From a virus, in IMG/VR virus record IMGVR_UViG_3300025195_000002: a stretch of DNA of 64,000 bases. One strand, given 5' to 3'. The position numbers and the translations under genes were made by a program. Of the stretch, positions 10,093 to 20,195 are shown one piece after another. Below the pieces are notes generated by a model. It made no database searches. It saw nothing but the letters and a program-made list of their open reading frames with translations, and had not been told where the DNA came from. The stretch's first letter is position 1; each line of letters begins with the position of its first letter.

Positions 10093-10712
10093 TCACTTTG
10101 ATCTAACCTTTCCTGCTGGGCAACGACAATTGCTTCTAGTGCCAGCGCCCTGTCACGATACTCATTAGCTTTTCTTTCTGCGTCAATACGACGTTGTCGC
10201 TCAGTACCACCATTGGCTTTATTTAGAGCACGTTGCTCTTCCAAAGCAATATGTTGATCCATGCTAACAGCGCCTGTTGTCGAAGCTGAAAATTCCGAAA
10301 CAGATGGGTTGACACCTGTAGTCTCCAGTACTGTTGTTTTTACTGCTGCAATTAAATCTGCTAGCGGCATCGTCGTAGGGAGATTACCTAAATCAACAGA
10401 AATTATACGGCGTGTATAATCTACTGTGTTAATATTAGGTGTTCCTCTAATATAATCACTGGGGACAACAATTTCCGCTGCTGTTGAAGAGGATAACGTA
10501 ATAATTAATACATTATCCTCTAAAGCTTGCTCGTAGTCATCACTTGTTAAACCATTGGATAGATAAATATCCTGTTGAACATCTACACCTTGGATTAAAA
10601 GAGAATTGATAGTAGACACGCGGCTGACGGTGTATTCAATTGTAGCTGCTGCAGAAAACGGCGGGGCTAGATTAAATAAACCCTTATCGTTAACCTTGAC
10701 CAGTGTCGACAT
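10086..10712 (-). CDS. Conserved phiKZ-like virion protein
   Basis: Likely start MSTLVK at 10712 (AAGGAG RBS); C-terminal coiled coil. Confidence 0.55.
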   Translation of the reverse strand: MSTLVKVNDKGLFNLAPPFSAAATIEYTVSRVSTINSLLIQGVDVQQDIYLSNGLTSDDYEQALEDNVLIITLSSSTAAEIVVPSDYIRGTPNINTVDYTRRIISVDLGNLPTTMPLADLIAAVKTTVLETTGVNPSVSEFSASTTGAVSMDQHIALEEQRALNKANGGTERQRRIDAERKANEYRDRALALEAIVVAQQERLDQSDA

Positions 10713-12006
10713 TATAATACTCCTTAAAACTCTGCTTTTGAACAACAAGGTAATTAACATCTTGATACGTTGAAATCAAGAAGTCTACCCCGTCGCGGGT
10801 GATGCGCGAGATGTCATCATCAAGCTGAGTAAACTCAGTAACCGACTCAGCAGCTCTTAACATTCTATGAAAGAGGATCATCCAGTCTTGCGTGACAGGT
10901 GAGAGACGGTTAAAATCTGTTTCTTGTGATGATAAGGCTGTATAGTCTGGGAATTTCTCACTGAAGTTAAAAATTCCATCACTATTACCTATCTCACCGA
11001 TAGCTGTAAAGGCCAGTGTTTTATATGCCGCATGACTAATTTCAATATTAGCATCGATGTGTTCCGCCGGGTAGTTAACCATTGCTGGTCGAGATGCTAT
11101 CATAGCATCTTGATAGTTAACAGAAGGCGAGTAGGTACCTGCTAAGCCTGTCTGCTCTTCAATTGCCACACGGTGCCACATTGGAACAATAATAAACTCT
11201 GTTGGTCTAAACAACGTTGGAAATACGTCATACCACTCAACTGAATCATAATCGCTATTTTCTAAAATAGATTTAGCGATAGCGTCCGCGATAGCATCGG
11301 GATTATTCCCTGCGATACCGTATTGGACGACGTACCACGTTAAGGTATAAGTCTCATTAGAGTGTTTATCATTCCACGTAACTTCATATGGCGTCAGTGC
11401 TGTGTATGGCGCGTCTCCCGATATATCGTTAGCTAACCCTAGCATTCTGATATGGTCAGTTGCCAGTATATCTGATATCTCAGTATAGGGGCGATGAAGG
11501 TCATTTAACACATCAACGGGTGAAATGGGTATTAGTGTAAACTCATCAAACTGACGTAAGAAGGTGGCGTTTGAAAACCACAGCGTATAGGTAGTATCGC
11601 CTGACGTCCAGCTGATGTAACTTGGGTAATAAAACCCATCCGTTGAGGAAACCATTGCACCTGATACAAATGCACCAGACACTAAGGCAGGGTAATCAAC
11701 CGCAATGAACTCTAACAGAACATTGTTGTTGGATGTTAATTCGCCGTTTCGGGCGCGTTGATCTATATAATCAACAAGATTAAGAAGAACGTTACCTTCT
11801 TCAATTGAAAGTGCTTTAGTCTCACCGTTATCATCTAACGTAGAAGCTAACGCTATACGTAGGTTAGGGTACGTTGAAGAACTGTATTCACGATTGTCAG
11901 GTGAATAGGAACGGGCGTGGGAAGACATCTCACCAACGGGGGAGAGGGTGTTTTTATCATTGTTTATCAAATCATTGATAATGACAAACCCTTTTACTGT
12001 ACTCAT
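10690..12006 (-). CDS. Conserved phiKZ-like virion structural protein
   Basis: 438 aa; PVGEMSSHARSYSPD and FPTLFRPTEFIIVPMW segments recalled from jumbo-phage structural proteins; GGAG RBS. Confidence 0.6.
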   Translation of the reverse strand: MSTVKGFVIINDLINNDKNTLSPVGEMSSHARSYSPDNREYSSSTYPNLRIALASTLDDNGETKALSIEEGNVLLNLVDYIDQRARNGELTSNNNVLLEFIAVDYPALVSGAFVSGAMVSSTDGFYYPSYISWTSGDTTYTLWFSNATFLRQFDEFTLIPISPVDVLNDLHRPYTEISDILATDHIRMLGLANDISGDAPYTALTPYEVTWNDKHSNETYTLTWYVVQYGIAGNNPDAIADAIAKSILENSDYDSVEWYDVFPTLFRPTEFIIVPMWHRVAIEEQTGLAGTYSPSVNYQDAMIASRPAMVNYPAEHIDANIEISHAAYKTLAFTAIGEIGNSDGIFNFSEKFPDYTALSSQETDFNRLSPVTQDWMILFHRMLRAAESVTEFTQLDDDISRITRDGVDFLISTYQDVNYLVVQKQSFKEYYNVDTGQG

Positions 12007-12060
12007 TATAAACTGACTCCAATCTAATCGTCTTTATTCATTAAGGTAGGGAGCAACACA

Positions 12061-12534
12061 TTGACACTATTCATTGCTTTTCTTAAAGCCCTGCCCCAAT
12101 TTCTACCGTTTCTACTCACATTATTAAAGGGGGAGAAGGCTAACATGTCTGGACATAAAGATCCCTCTAAGGGACGCGTTCTACTTTTATTACTGGTTGT
12201 ATCATTAGTTGGTACCGGTATTCTTTACTTCGATGCTCGCTCTATTGAGTTAGAACTTGAGAGTAAAGTAAAAGAAATTAAGACATTGACTAAAAAGGTA
12301 GAAACGCTTGACAGCGATATTGCATTGATGAAAAGAGATGGCGTGCCAACCCCAGCTCAGCTTGCTAAAATGCAAGAACAGACAACGCTGATTTTTGAAC
12401 TTAAAGCTCAAATCTCACATTTAGATAACCAATTAGAGCAATGTATGGCACGTGATGATATCCATAACACACCGCCCCCAGCAAAACCTAACAGTAGCCT
12501 ACTGGATAGGTTAAATAAGATAGGGAAGAATTAA
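12061..12534 (+). CDS. Inner-membrane spanin (Rz-like)
   Basis: Hydrophobic TM segment (VLLLLLVVSLVGTGILYF) followed by a periplasmic coiled coil; directly upstream of a lipoprotein gene. Confidence 0.65.
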   Translation: MTLFIAFLKALPQFLPFLLTLLKGEKANMSGHKDPSKGRVLLLLLVVSLVGTGILYFDARSIELELESKVKEIKTLTKKVETLDSDIALMKRDGVPTPAQLAKMQEQTTLIFELKAQISHLDNQLEQCMARDDIHNTPPPAKPNSSLLDRLNKIGKN

Positions 12535-13002
12535 ATGATACGTGTTATTTTTTTATCCTTTTGTTTGTTTCTTGGTAGCTGTATATCAACACCGCCTGAA
12601 GCACAAAAACCTAACACTGGGACACAGGCTGACCCTATAGGTCTACCACCATCTATAAATGATTACCAGTGGGATCATGCTATTGTCGGACAAAGTCATC
12701 CCGTTGAACGTTATCTAGAAGCGCTTAAATTATACCATGAACGATTAACGTTATATATAGAACAGCTACAGCGTAGCATTGACCGGTCATCTTCTGATAA
12801 GTGTAGTCAATTTATCCCGTTCCCAACACCTGATTTAAAACCTGTCCCTGAGTCGATAGATCTATCTAACTTTGACAATGAAGAAGAAGCATATATTGCT
12901 TTTGGTGAATATACACAAGCGCTCTATGACTATGCTACCCGGCTTAGAAATATTTATATTGAAGATGTAGCCCGTTATAACGACCAGTGTTTAAACAAGT
13001 AG
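12535..13002 (+). CDS. Outer-membrane lipoprotein spanin (Rz1-like)
   Basis: Signal peptide with lipobox FLGSC; Pro-rich mature region; abuts the i-spanin gene. Confidence 0.7.
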   Translation: MIRVIFLSFCLFLGSCISTPPEAQKPNTGTQADPIGLPPSINDYQWDHAIVGQSHPVERYLEALKLYHERLTLYIEQLQRSIDRSSSDKCSQFIPFPTPDLKPVPESIDLSNFDNEEEAYIAFGEYTQALYDYATRLRNIYIEDVARYNDQCLNK

Positions 13003-13062
13003 GGGTTTACAGACCAAGTAAAACATATAGAGTATTATAACTTAATAATTGGATTTAACACG

Positions 13063-14421
13063 ATGAGCACAACAACGCCTAGTATCAAAGCTACCCTATA
13101 CACAGATGGCGGCTGCCGAAATCATAGTAGCGGTAAGGGCCATGCTGGCTGGGGCTATCATGGTCAGATAGGCGACTACGTCTATGACGGTTGGGGTAGC
13201 ATCGAAGAACTCACTACTAATAACGTTGCTGAACTTGTAGCGGTTAAAGAAGCGATCGATATCGCAGATCAATTTAAAGTAGAAGACCTTACCATTATTT
13301 CAGATTCACGTTATGTGGTTGATGGTATTAATGACCGTTATGAAAAATGGGAAGCCAACAACTGGTTGCGGCACGATGGCGAACCGGTTAAGAACCGCCG
13401 ATACTGGGAAGATTTAGCAGAATCACGTGCTGAGTTTACAGGGAAAGGGAATCAGGTAACTTTTAAATGGGCGAAAGGTCATAATGGGTTAAAGGGTAAC
13501 GAAGCGGCGGACGTCAACGCAACAAAAGGGGTGATGTTATCGACTAATGGGAAACATATGTCGTTTCATGAATCTATTGAGGCAAAGAAACACGGAAAAG
13601 AAAAGGTACCACCTTACAACCGTATGTTTTGTCATAACTTCTGGTACTTTAACACTAACGTTGATAATGTTACCGAAACCGGACATCACGTATACCACTG
13701 TGGTAACCATGAGATTATAGGTAAGCCTGAATCAGATGCCGGCCATAGCGTCATCTACCTAAAAGAACCTGATAGTGTATTAGAAGCAATACGCGATCAT
13801 CAGAACCGGTACGTAGAAGAGAGTGAGCAAATGATGTTCACCGGTCATCTTACTGAGATCTTTGCATCTAAGAACTATGGTGAGTTAGTTAAAAATGGTA
13901 CCATCCATACCAGCCGTAAACCAAAGTCTCGGGATATTCTTACTTACAACAAACAGCCACTAACTAGTGAAGTTCGTCCTGTAGGGAGAAGTTTTTATCT
14001 TCTTGATGTGTTAGGTAATTTAGAAGAGCGACTTAAACAAGTGATTGCAGGTGAGATTCCTGAAACCTGGCGTTTAACTGACGTTACCGATAAGTTCTAT
14101 AATAAAGTAACTAAGGGTAAAGGGAAGAATGAACGTGAGGTCTTTGAGTTTATCAAGGAAATTACAACTGCTGTTAAGTCTATCAATCTAGATGTTGAAC
14201 ATGGTGTAGGAGAGACAACTGGGACAACAGAGGTCACGTTAACGTTTGGCGTCGACATTCCTATTCGAAACGCATTATCTGCATTACCTAAAGTTGTTAA
14301 ACGTGTTGCTATCTTAACTTGGCCGGCATCCAAAGTATCATTCAACTACGCTTTTATCCTAGAAACCGAAGATGATATTGGTATCTGGGCCTGTGGGTTT
14401 GCTAACACACGTATCATCTGA
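13063..14421 (+). CDS. rnhA: Ribonuclease HI with C-terminal extension (phiKZ gp155-like)
   Basis: LYTDGGC, TNNVAELVA, IISDSRYV, FKWAKGHNGLKGNEAAD: all RNase HI catalytic motifs are present. Confidence 0.92.
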   Translation: MSTTTPSIKATLYTDGGCRNHSSGKGHAGWGYHGQIGDYVYDGWGSIEELTTNNVAELVAVKEAIDIADQFKVEDLTIISDSRYVVDGINDRYEKWEANNWLRHDGEPVKNRRYWEDLAESRAEFTGKGNQVTFKWAKGHNGLKGNEAADVNATKGVMLSTNGKHMSFHESIEAKKHGKEKVPPYNRMFCHNFWYFNTNVDNVTETGHHVYHCGNHEIIGKPESDAGHSVIYLKEPDSVLEAIRDHQNRYVEESEQMMFTGHLTEIFASKNYGELVKNGTIHTSRKPKSRDILTYNKQPLTSEVRPVGRSFYLLDVLGNLEERLKQVIAGEIPETWRLTDVTDKFYNKVTKGKGKNEREVFEFIKEITTAVKSINLDVEHGVGETTGTTEVTLTFGVDIPIRNALSALPKVVKRVAILTWPASKVSFNYAFILETEDDIGIWACGFANTRII

Positions 14422-14432
14422 GGAGGTGACAC

Positions 14433-14864
14433 ATGTCTGTATCTACTGCATTGTGTAAAAAACTCATGCCAGATATGATGAAGCGACTCTTCTACATCAC
14501 CACGTTGTTTACTTTTATGGTGAGGAGAAGTCACCGTCATGTTAACTACACACGCCTATTTGGTGTGTGTTTAGATTGGACACCAACAGATGAGACGTTT
14601 AATCTCCCTGCATTGTTTACAGAACATATATGGGGAGAAACTTCACTTGCCGATAAAGTATCTGAAGAGACCATAAAGGGTAATTTAATTTCACTAGATG
14701 ACATTGAACTCTCTACTCCAGAATGGTTGAAGTATGGTTTTAATAGCGACATCATGCAAGAAGACACGTTATTAGTTTATCGTGTGGTTTTAATGGAGTT
14801 AAATGACCCTACTGTCAAACGTCTTACAGATGAAGAATATGAAAAATACGTAGCAGGGCGATAA
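14433..14864 (+). CDS. Conserved hypothetical protein
   Basis: GGAGG RBS; lies between RNase H and the recombinase, as in phiKZ-like phages. Confidence 0.6.
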   Translation: MSVSTALCKKLMPDMMKRLFYITTLFTFMVRRSHRHVNYTRLFGVCLDWTPTDETFNLPALFTEHIWGETSLADKVSEETIKGNLISLDDIELSTPEWLKYGFNSDIMQEDTLLVYRVVLMELNDPTVKRLTDEEYEKYVAGR

Positions 14865-14880
14865 GCCCTGCTATATGCCG
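14851..14880 (+). terminator. Hairpin + TATGCCG terminator-like element without a U-tract
   Basis: TAGCAGGGC-GATAA-GCCCTGCTA followed immediately by TATGCCG. Confidence 0.6.
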
Positions 14881-14941
14881 GTGTCGATTCTAACAGATCC
14901 CTATCATTATTTGAGATGATTTCTAACAATAAGGGCCTAGT

Positions 14942-16420
14942 ATGGCAAACCCCAATGACTTTTTTGTTAAAGTACCAAAAATAAGACCCATGCTTAACGT
15001 TGGTAGTATGTTTGATATCCAATCGGGCAGTTACCATCAAGGCGAACATGGCGAACATATCCTAAACGGTGGATACCCGCACTTCCTAGGTGTGTGTGGT
15101 CGTGCAAACACCTATAAAACCACTGTAATGAACTACTTTAACCTTAGCGCCATGGCACGCTACGGTGATGTTTTTAATAAAGCGAGTGATAAGAATTCAA
15201 CTTATCTGGTCTATGACAGTGAATCATCACTTAGCCCATCTCGTATTGAGCACTTAGGTAACTTCTTCCCAGGTCTCAGTGGTTGGGATGTTGATGAAAG
15301 CGGTGCCCTCATGGTTACTGATAATAACGGCATGAGCGGTAACCAGTACTTTCACCAGCTTAAGGCATTTGCTAAAGAGAAGTTAAAGGATAAGAAAGGA
15401 ACCTTAACCACTCCTTTCATTACCGCTGATGGCAACCACCTGACTATGCTTCGTCCAACGATGGCCGGTCTTGATTCTATTTCCAACATGAGCATTGATT
15501 CAGTTGACCTCATTTACGATAAGAATCAGGTAGGTGACTCAAAGATGAACATGGAAGCTGCACGTATCGGCGCTGCCAAGAGTCAGATGGTTATTCAGAT
15601 TCCAAAACTGGTTTCTAACCACGGTATCTTTCTTACAGTGACGGCACACTTAGGTGACGAAATATTAGATGACCCGTATGCGCCGTCTAAAAAGAAACTA
15701 CAGTTCTTAAAACAAGGAACGAAGTTAAAACGTTGTCCTGAGAATTTTACGTTTTTAACTAACATTCTATTTAACTGCATGAGTGCTGCGCCGCTATTTA
15801 ATAAAGCGGATAAGGCACCGTTATATCCAAGAGATTCAGATGACCGCACACCGGGCGATATGGACCTGCAGTTAATTACCATACAGGTTCTCCGTTCAAA
15901 GAGTGGTGCAACAGGGTTACCGTTTGAGATCATTGCATCACAACGCGACGGTCTATTGATGTCTTTAAGTGAATTTCATTACATTAAAACAAATAAGTTT
16001 GGTCTTGAAGGTAACGATGTCACTTATGTCTTAAGTATCTATCCAGATCGTAAGTTGGGCCGTACAACAGTGAGAGGGTTAATTGATAGCGATCCTAAAC
16101 TTCGTCGTGCACTTGAGATTACCTGTGAACTGTGTATGATCAGCAACCTATGGAAGTCTATGGGTGATGTAGTATTAACGCCTGAGTATCTTTACAAGGC
16201 CATAGAAGACTTGGGTATTGGTTGGGATACTATACTCAATGATACACGGGGACACTGGCTACCAAAAGAACTGGAAGCTGTTGAAGAAAAACGTTTTCTA
16301 TCCACGGTTGACCTTTGCCGCCTAGCGCGCAAAGAATACTATCCTTATTGGTGGGACGACTACTGTAAAGAGAAAGGGATCGAAAACAAACTCAAAGAGC
16401 ATTTTGCTAAAGGGGTTTAA
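14942..16420 (+). CDS. uvsX: UvsX/RecA-like recombinase (phiKZ gp152-like)
   Basis: Walker A GRANTYKT, VYDSESS, Walker B-like GLDSIS, RecA-fold order of motifs. Confidence 0.8.
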   Translation: MANPNDFFVKVPKIRPMLNVGSMFDIQSGSYHQGEHGEHILNGGYPHFLGVCGRANTYKTTVMNYFNLSAMARYGDVFNKASDKNSTYLVYDSESSLSPSRIEHLGNFFPGLSGWDVDESGALMVTDNNGMSGNQYFHQLKAFAKEKLKDKKGTLTTPFITADGNHLTMLRPTMAGLDSISNMSIDSVDLIYDKNQVGDSKMNMEAARIGAAKSQMVIQIPKLVSNHGIFLTVTAHLGDEILDDPYAPSKKKLQFLKQGTKLKRCPENFTFLTNILFNCMSAAPLFNKADKAPLYPRDSDDRTPGDMDLQLITIQVLRSKSGATGLPFEIIASQRDGLLMSLSEFHYIKTNKFGLEGNDVTYVLSIYPDRKLGRTTVRGLIDSDPKLRRALEITCELCMISNLWKSMGDVVLTPEYLYKAIEDLGIGWDTILNDTRGHWLPKELEAVEEKRFLSTVDLCRLARKEYYPYWWDDYCKEKGIENKLKEHFAKGV

Positions 16421-16422
16421 CA

Positions 16423-16728
16423 ATGAAACGTTTTTGGTTATTTGCAGGTACTGACCAGCCTGCTGGTGGTATGGGAGATTACCAGGAAGGCGGTCAACAG
16501 ATAAACACGCTACTTAAGTGGATTAATGAAAACAAGACAGTTGATAAATTAAAAGGACTTCCTTTTACTTGGTTTGAGATTGTTGATGTTAACACTGGCG
16601 TTGTTAAAGTAAAGGGAAATCGACAATTTACTTCTGATTCTATTATAAATAAGGGAGTAGACTACTATTCCTTTAATATGGAGAAAGAGAAGTGGGAAAA
16701 ATTGAAGAAGAACAAATTCTCTTTATAG
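16423..16728 (+). CDS. Hypothetical phage protein
   Basis: N-terminal MKRFWLFAG...GGMGD pattern recalled from small phage proteins. Confidence 0.55.
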   Translation: MKRFWLFAGTDQPAGGMGDYQEGGQQINTLLKWINENKTVDKLKGLPFTWFEIVDVNTGVVKVKGNRQFTSDSIINKGVDYYSFNMEKEKWEKLKKNKFSL

Positions 16729-17075
16729 GTGGTTCGCGGGGGTTTGCTAGTTATCATCTCTTATGTCGAACCATTGAACTACTTCGTAAATGGGGGATCC
16801 TTAACAAAGGTCCCCTACACATCGTTAGTGGTGGTGCCGGTGGTGCTGATACAATGGCAGAAAATTATGCCAAGGTAAATGGTTATAAGTTTACTAAGTA
16901 TCCGGCTGACTGGGATAGGTACGGTAAAAAGGCAGGGATGTTACGAAATATTACCATGGTAGATGTTTCAGATATTCAATTGTTGTTCTGGGATGGAGTT
17001 AGCAAAGGTACTCGCCATGCAATTACGTATGCCACTAAATGTAATCCAAAAACCACCTTCACTATACTTTATTAA
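16692..17075 (+). CDS. SLOG-superfamily protein (DUF2493/YspA-like)
   Basis: IGGSRGF, IVSGGAGGAD, YPADWDRYGKKAGMLRN and FWDGVSKGT motifs; GTG start with GGAG RBS. Confidence 0.85.
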   Translation: MGKIEEEQILFIGGSRGFASYHLLCRTIELLRKWGILNKGPLHIVSGGAGGADTMAENYAKVNGYKFTKYPADWDRYGKKAGMLRNITMVDVSDIQLLFWDGVSKGTRHAITYATKCNPKTTFTILY

Positions 17076-17082
17076 GGAAACA

Positions 17083-17535
17083 ATGATGACAAGTCGTGCT
17101 GTTTTTTCGCTAAATGACAAAGAGTCATTAATGTATGCTAAGGGACATTTAGAGTTTCATGGTATACTCTCTACAAATTTTTCGGATAACGAAATTGTAG
17201 AACTCGCCAATAAATTATCCGCCCCTAATAAATTATTTGGTAAATCTGTTAAATGTCTATCCTTAGCAGATTATACATTGACACGGTTTCTGTTTATGAA
17301 CGCGGGTGCTAATATATGGGGTTGGCACGAAGGATTCAAGCCGCCGGAGAAAGACATCCATAACTCGCCATATTACGGCTGGGAGCCTGCTGGATTTATG
17401 AAACATATCTTAGTCCCGCACGAACGAGATATCATTGAACTTTCGGAACTTAATACGTTGGTCTTTGATTTTAAGCGTATGATTAGACCAGTCATAGCGC
17501 GCCACCACAAGGAGCATGTACATGGCACTGCATGA
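17083..17535 (+). CDS. Hypothetical protein
   Basis: Likely start ATG 17083 after AAGGA; the ORF-track start overlaps the SLOG gene. Confidence 0.55.
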   Translation: MMTSRAVFSLNDKESLMYAKGHLEFHGILSTNFSDNEIVELANKLSAPNKLFGKSVKCLSLADYTLTRFLFMNAGANIWGWHEGFKPPEKDIHNSPYYGWEPAGFMKHILVPHERDIIELSELNTLVFDFKRMIRPVIARHHKEHVHGTA

Positions 17536-17842
17536 TGAGGTTTATTATTATCTATCTCAGAAAAGTAAGCCCATTGCCGAGGCATTTAGACACCAGTATC
17601 GTCCACCAGACGTTCATCCTAGAAACCGGCTAGCCGTCATCAACCTTAACCGTTTCTGGCATTTGCATATTGGCAGCGTTAGCGGTGTGGATACGGTAGA
17701 AATACGAGGGTATTTAAATGATGATGTGCCAAGAGATCAGTGGTTGTTAGATTTTGTTCAATATGTCATCCCATTTGTCATCACCCATCAACTTTTAATT
17801 GATCATGATTTTTACGATGACCGCCCACCCTGGAAAGAATAG
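17516..17842 (+). CDS. Hypothetical protein
   Basis: ORF coupled within the operon; AAGGAG RBS. Confidence 0.55.
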   Translation: MYMALHDEVYYYLSQKSKPIAEAFRHQYRPPDVHPRNRLAVINLNRFWHLHIGSVSGVDTVEIRGYLNDDVPRDQWLLDFVQYVIPFVITHQLLIDHDFYDDRPPWKE

Positions 17843-17853
17843 GGAGTTCAACT

Positions 17854-18303
17854 ATGCATGCGTTATACTTACAACACGTTCGCCAGGCTAAAAAAGTAAT
17901 TGCATCGTTTGACGATGTTGATTATCGGATTATATTAGAAGACGAATATCGCATTAAGCTTGTTGGTTTTTTAATGGGTCAAAACAATGTTGCTTTTGAC
18001 AAACTTACGCCAGAAGAGGCAGTAGCACTTGTTGCCAAACAAGAGGCCCTTAACCTAGAACTTCTTTCTCGCCATGCGTTTTTCCATGCATTCAACAATG
18101 AGAATAGGAAAAAGAGCGCCTTGCTTTGCTGTGGGCTAGCTATGGAGATGGGTGTAGTAGATATTGATGCGTTATACGACGGGCTGATGACTGACTATCC
18201 TGAATATAGTAGTTTGCCGGGTATGGTAAAACGTAACCAATGGTCAGCTACTATGTTGCGGTTTATTCAAGAAAACCTACCGCTACCTGAGGCAACGGTA
18301 TGA
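17854..18303 (+). CDS. Hypothetical protein
   Basis: GGGAG RBS; 149 aa, helical. Confidence 0.55.
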   Translation: MHALYLQHVRQAKKVIASFDDVDYRIILEDEYRIKLVGFLMGQNNVAFDKLTPEEAVALVAKQEALNLELLSRHAFFHAFNNENRKKSALLCCGLAMEMGVVDIDALYDGLMTDYPEYSSLPGMVKRNQWSATMLRFIQENLPLPEATV

Positions 18304-18335
18304 GTTGATTTAATAATTGTTGAGAGATATTCACT

Positions 18336-19004
18336 ATGGCAAACCGTAAAGCAGCACAAGCTTTTATCCTGGAATATATGGATAGGATACTACCTGGTGG
18401 CGAGAATAAAGCCCTGTACGAAGAGTTATTTGCTTCAATGTCTGATAAAGACTTTGATAAGCTTATGGCTAAAATCAAAGAAGGGTTTGTTTTACCGATT
18501 ATCGCCCCTAACTTGAATGAAGCAAAGTTAGACACTAGTCGTAATCTTAAAATTGCAAAAGAGCTAGGCCATTCTTTCTTTGAGCAGATTGTATTAACTG
18601 ATAATGATACTGGTGAGGAATATACAACACCCCACAAGTATATGGTTGTCGATATGCCTGTACGACGTCAATCACAGCTACTTGATAAAAAGATGTCTAC
18701 GCCTGCTAATAACAGCGTTGTAGATGAGTTAACAGGTCAGCCTACCGGTGTTTCTAAAGGGGCTGCTTTATCGTTCCCTGAATTAGGTGTTTTACTTTCT
18801 ATTGGTGTAGATAGTGCCATTGAGGAGTTGATTAAACTACGTGGTGGTGATGAGGTAGCATTTAACGCTATGAACCGACAGATCATGGAGACTGGTGAAG
18901 CTGACATCGATTCCATTAAAACCTTAGGGTCTAAAGTTAAATCGACGGAGACACTAAGTTCTCTATTAACTGGCATGCATTTGAGGAACAATTTAGATGA
19001 GTGA
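18336..19004 (+). CDS. Virion RNA polymerase beta subunit, C-terminal fragment (phiKZ gp149-like)
   Basis: KKMST...LTGQPTGVSKGAALSFPELGVL and EELIKLRGGD align with RpoB C-terminal KMHARS..QP.GG...GEME and E.LT.KSDD. Confidence 0.85.
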   Translation: MANRKAAQAFILEYMDRILPGGENKALYEELFASMSDKDFDKLMAKIKEGFVLPIIAPNLNEAKLDTSRNLKIAKELGHSFFEQIVLTDNDTGEEYTTPHKYMVVDMPVRRQSQLLDKKMSTPANNSVVDELTGQPTGVSKGAALSFPELGVLLSIGVDSAIEELIKLRGGDEVAFNAMNRQIMETGEADIDSIKTLGSKVKSTETLSSLLTGMHLRNNLDE

Positions 19005-19473
19005 TAAGGTGTTATTTATTGATGCGATGACTACGTTAGACAGTATCGTTATCAACAATCTTAATCAGATGGATGAAAAGAATACCCGCGAGTTTTCTGC
19101 GTTTCTAATATCTATATTTAAACGCTTTAACTTTGCTCGTTTATTCTCAGAAGATGAGGTGAAAAAGGTCTGGGGTATTGTTCGAGAAAACCGGAATAAT
19201 CTTGCACATTTTGAAAAGATTGTGATGGGTTGGCGTCTAATGGGATTTGACAGTGATGAGAGTTATAATAAGTTAGTTGCATTGATTGCTACTAGCCTGA
19301 CTCATCCTAGTGTCAGCAATACATTGGTTGACACAGCGTATCTTGAACCTATCCCTAAACATCCTGAAATTGAGGAAGTTTATAAATCAAACCTTTGGCT
19401 AACTACGCTCTTTGTTATGTCGTTATGTCCTCAAGTTTCTACGTATATTAAATCATTATCCGAGTCTAAGTAA
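18997..19473 (+). CDS. Conserved hypothetical protein
   Basis: Overlaps the vRNAP gene; synteny as in phiKZ-like phages. Confidence 0.55.
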   Translation: MSDKVLFIDAMTTLDSIVINNLNQMDEKNTREFSAFLISIFKRFNFARLFSEDEVKKVWGIVRENRNNLAHFEKIVMGWRLMGFDSDESYNKLVALIATSLTHPSVSNTLVDTAYLEPIPKHPEIEEVYKSNLWLTTLFVMSLCPQVSTYIKSLSESK

Positions 19474-20195
19474 TGAGTAATCAAACCCTATATGTCGAAC
19501 TCAATGCACTAATGGATACCCGTATTGCGACAATAGAGTCGCTTTATGGTGTCGATGTTGCACAACAACTTTTAGAGAACGGTTATGATCGCCGAGAAAG
19601 TGATGACTGGAATGTGTTGGATTCACGTTTAAATACGGCTAAGATCAATGACCTGTATAAACACCATGACGTTACCCTGTTAGCTAATGCATTGATGTCA
19701 AACTTAGTTAGGGTGTTAAAAAACTTTATTACCGAAGCAAATAAAGGTACGGCAGCTAACCCACTAGCTGATCCCATTGCACTACACATCAATATAGCCC
19801 CATACTCGCTACCTGAAGAACATCGTCATGTATTGTGTAATAGCATAGCGTCACATACGGGTGTCGTTGATGTTAAAACAATTAATGTACCTCGACACCT
19901 AGCAACCCCTAACTTCTTTCATAGTACGTATAAAACGATTTTCATGTATGACTTCATCGACTGGTTTACCATGCACCATGGCAAGTTACTCAGTCAGAAC
20001 ATACAAGAAACTGTCTGGTATGTACCTAAGCTACGAGCGTTTGGTGAGACGGCACAAAAAATGGAAACGTCCCTAGACGAAACAGCCTCTCAACTTTATA
20101 AGAAGCTCAATGTCTGGGACGCTGCCACCATTGCGTTGACAGGATACATGAATTTACAATTCCTAGACGTAGATGCATTTAACATTTATGCCTGA
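19473..20195 (+). CDS. Conserved phiKZ-like protein, degenerate HAD-like N-terminus
   Basis: LYVELNALMDTR resembles HAD motif I but lacks the catalytic Asp residues. Confidence 0.5.
   Translation: MSNQTLYVELNALMDTRIATIESLYGVDVAQQLLENGYDRRESDDWNVLDSRLNTAKINDLYKHHDVTLLANALMSNLVRVLKNFITEANKGTAANPLADPIALHINIAPYSLPEEHRHVLCNSIASHTGVVDVKTINVPRHLATPNFFHSTYKTIFMYDFIDWFTMHHGKLLSQNIQETVWYVPKLRAFGETAQKMETSLDETASQLYKKLNVWDAATIALTGYMNLQFLDVDAFNIYA

Noticed and set aside
16680-16728. Possible -1 frameshift fusing 16423 with the SLOG ORF at TGGGAAAAA
   Set aside because: In-frame heptamer is G GAA AAA, not canonical XXXYYYZ; the SLOG ORF has its own GGAG RBS and GTG start
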